This document shows positions 62,976 through 64,000 of a DNA stretch of 64,000 bases, piece by piece; position 1 is the stretch's first letter; each line of letters opens with the position of its first letter. The notes under the pieces were generated by a model, which saw only the letters and a program-made list of their open reading frames with translations, was not told the DNA's origin and searched no databases. Source of the stretch: Callorhinchus milii (lineage: Eukaryota). The stretch spans positions 54,810,001 to 54,874,000 of the forward strand of contig NW_024704743.1 of assembly GCF_018977255.1 (NCBI RefSeq), in the 5' to 3' direction. The position numbers and the translations under genes were made by a program.

Positions 62976-64000
62976 GTATGTGAACAATGCATTTGTCAAT
63001 AGACATAACAGTCTTTCATTACCTAATCAGTCAGAAGGATAGAATCTATTAAGCTTGTGTCGTGTACATACGTGTTTGGTTTGTTTATTAGGGTTATTCC
63101 TTTCTATTGTCTAATTGACTACATCCACTCCCGAGGGCCTATTAGTGTGGTAAGAACACAGTAAAGAGGAAAGTTCTGCTTATGGGTTTCCCTTTGTGGT
63201 TGAATAGATGTAGCTCTAGGGATGTTGACTGGGTTTTGTGTGGGGAGTTACAGAGACCTGGAAGAAGTGCTTAATTTGGAGTTAGCAGAATTGGTCTTGT
63301 TACAGTACATATAATGGAATTGGTAGAAACATTAATAATCTGGGATTTCTAACACTGCTTCAAAAGAAGACTGTGCAATATTTAGAATATTAAATAAATG
63401 ACTGGATCATTCACTAGCATTAATTTGATGTTTTTAGAGATGAGAGCTATTGGAAGATGATGTGCACCAATATCGTAAACAAATATAGTAACTCTGGGAA
63501 CTTAAATATCTCATCTTAATTACTGTATTTGCTCCCAGTCAAGGGGTCTTTAGTAGAACTGTCATTCTTACGATCTATTTATGTCCAGTGTATGTGGATT
63601 TTGCAAAGCTTTCTATCTACATCTAGTGGTAGAAAATGGGTACAGCAGACTTTTTTTCTATTAATGTTTTAGTCCACCCTTTGTAATGTATTTCAATTCA
63701 ATGTTTGATGAAGTTAGCACTGGTTATTTTTAACCAACCATTTGGTGTACCTAAAACTATACTTTTATAATGCGAGTTACAGATGGTGAGATTTCAAAAA
63801 TTCCAAGTCGCTGGTGGGCAATGAGCCCACTCCTTGAAATGCTTTCTATGATGCAAGATATATAGTGGCACCATATCCAAGTGGTAACTGAATCAGTTCC
63901 CTTCAGCTCTACTCCTCACTGAATTCCAAATTGTGACCAAATCTATTTCTTCTTTCCTGAGAACTTTGTCAGCTCACCTCCAAATCCAGAAAATGAAAGC

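Overview
This is eukaryotic, not prokaryotic, DNA. It is an intron-rich vertebrate locus whose repeats (Deu-type tRNA SINEs, L2, CR1, Penelope-like) suggest a cartilaginous fish, probably a holocephalan; that assignment is an inference. The window holds the 5' half of SNX13 (sorting nexin 13 / RGS-PX1). Fourteen GT-AG exons (exons 2-15, 26660-62975, + strand) splice into one open frame of 1582 nt covering the transmembrane, PXA and RGS regions. The PX and C-terminal exons lie beyond the window. The main anomaly is at the left edge. The CpG-island promoter and best candidate first coding exon (ATG AGC AAA GAG|gtgaga, MSKE, compare human MLTE) face the minus strand, away from exons 2-15. They sit between two near-identical inverted arms of at least 1 kb (1-~1008 and ~2804-3820), next to a 25-N gap. 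This is either an assembly inversion or fold-back artefact, which I consider more likely, or a real invertible promoter/exon-1 cassette. Nearly all other long ORFs in the track are retroelement debris or low-complexity artefacts.
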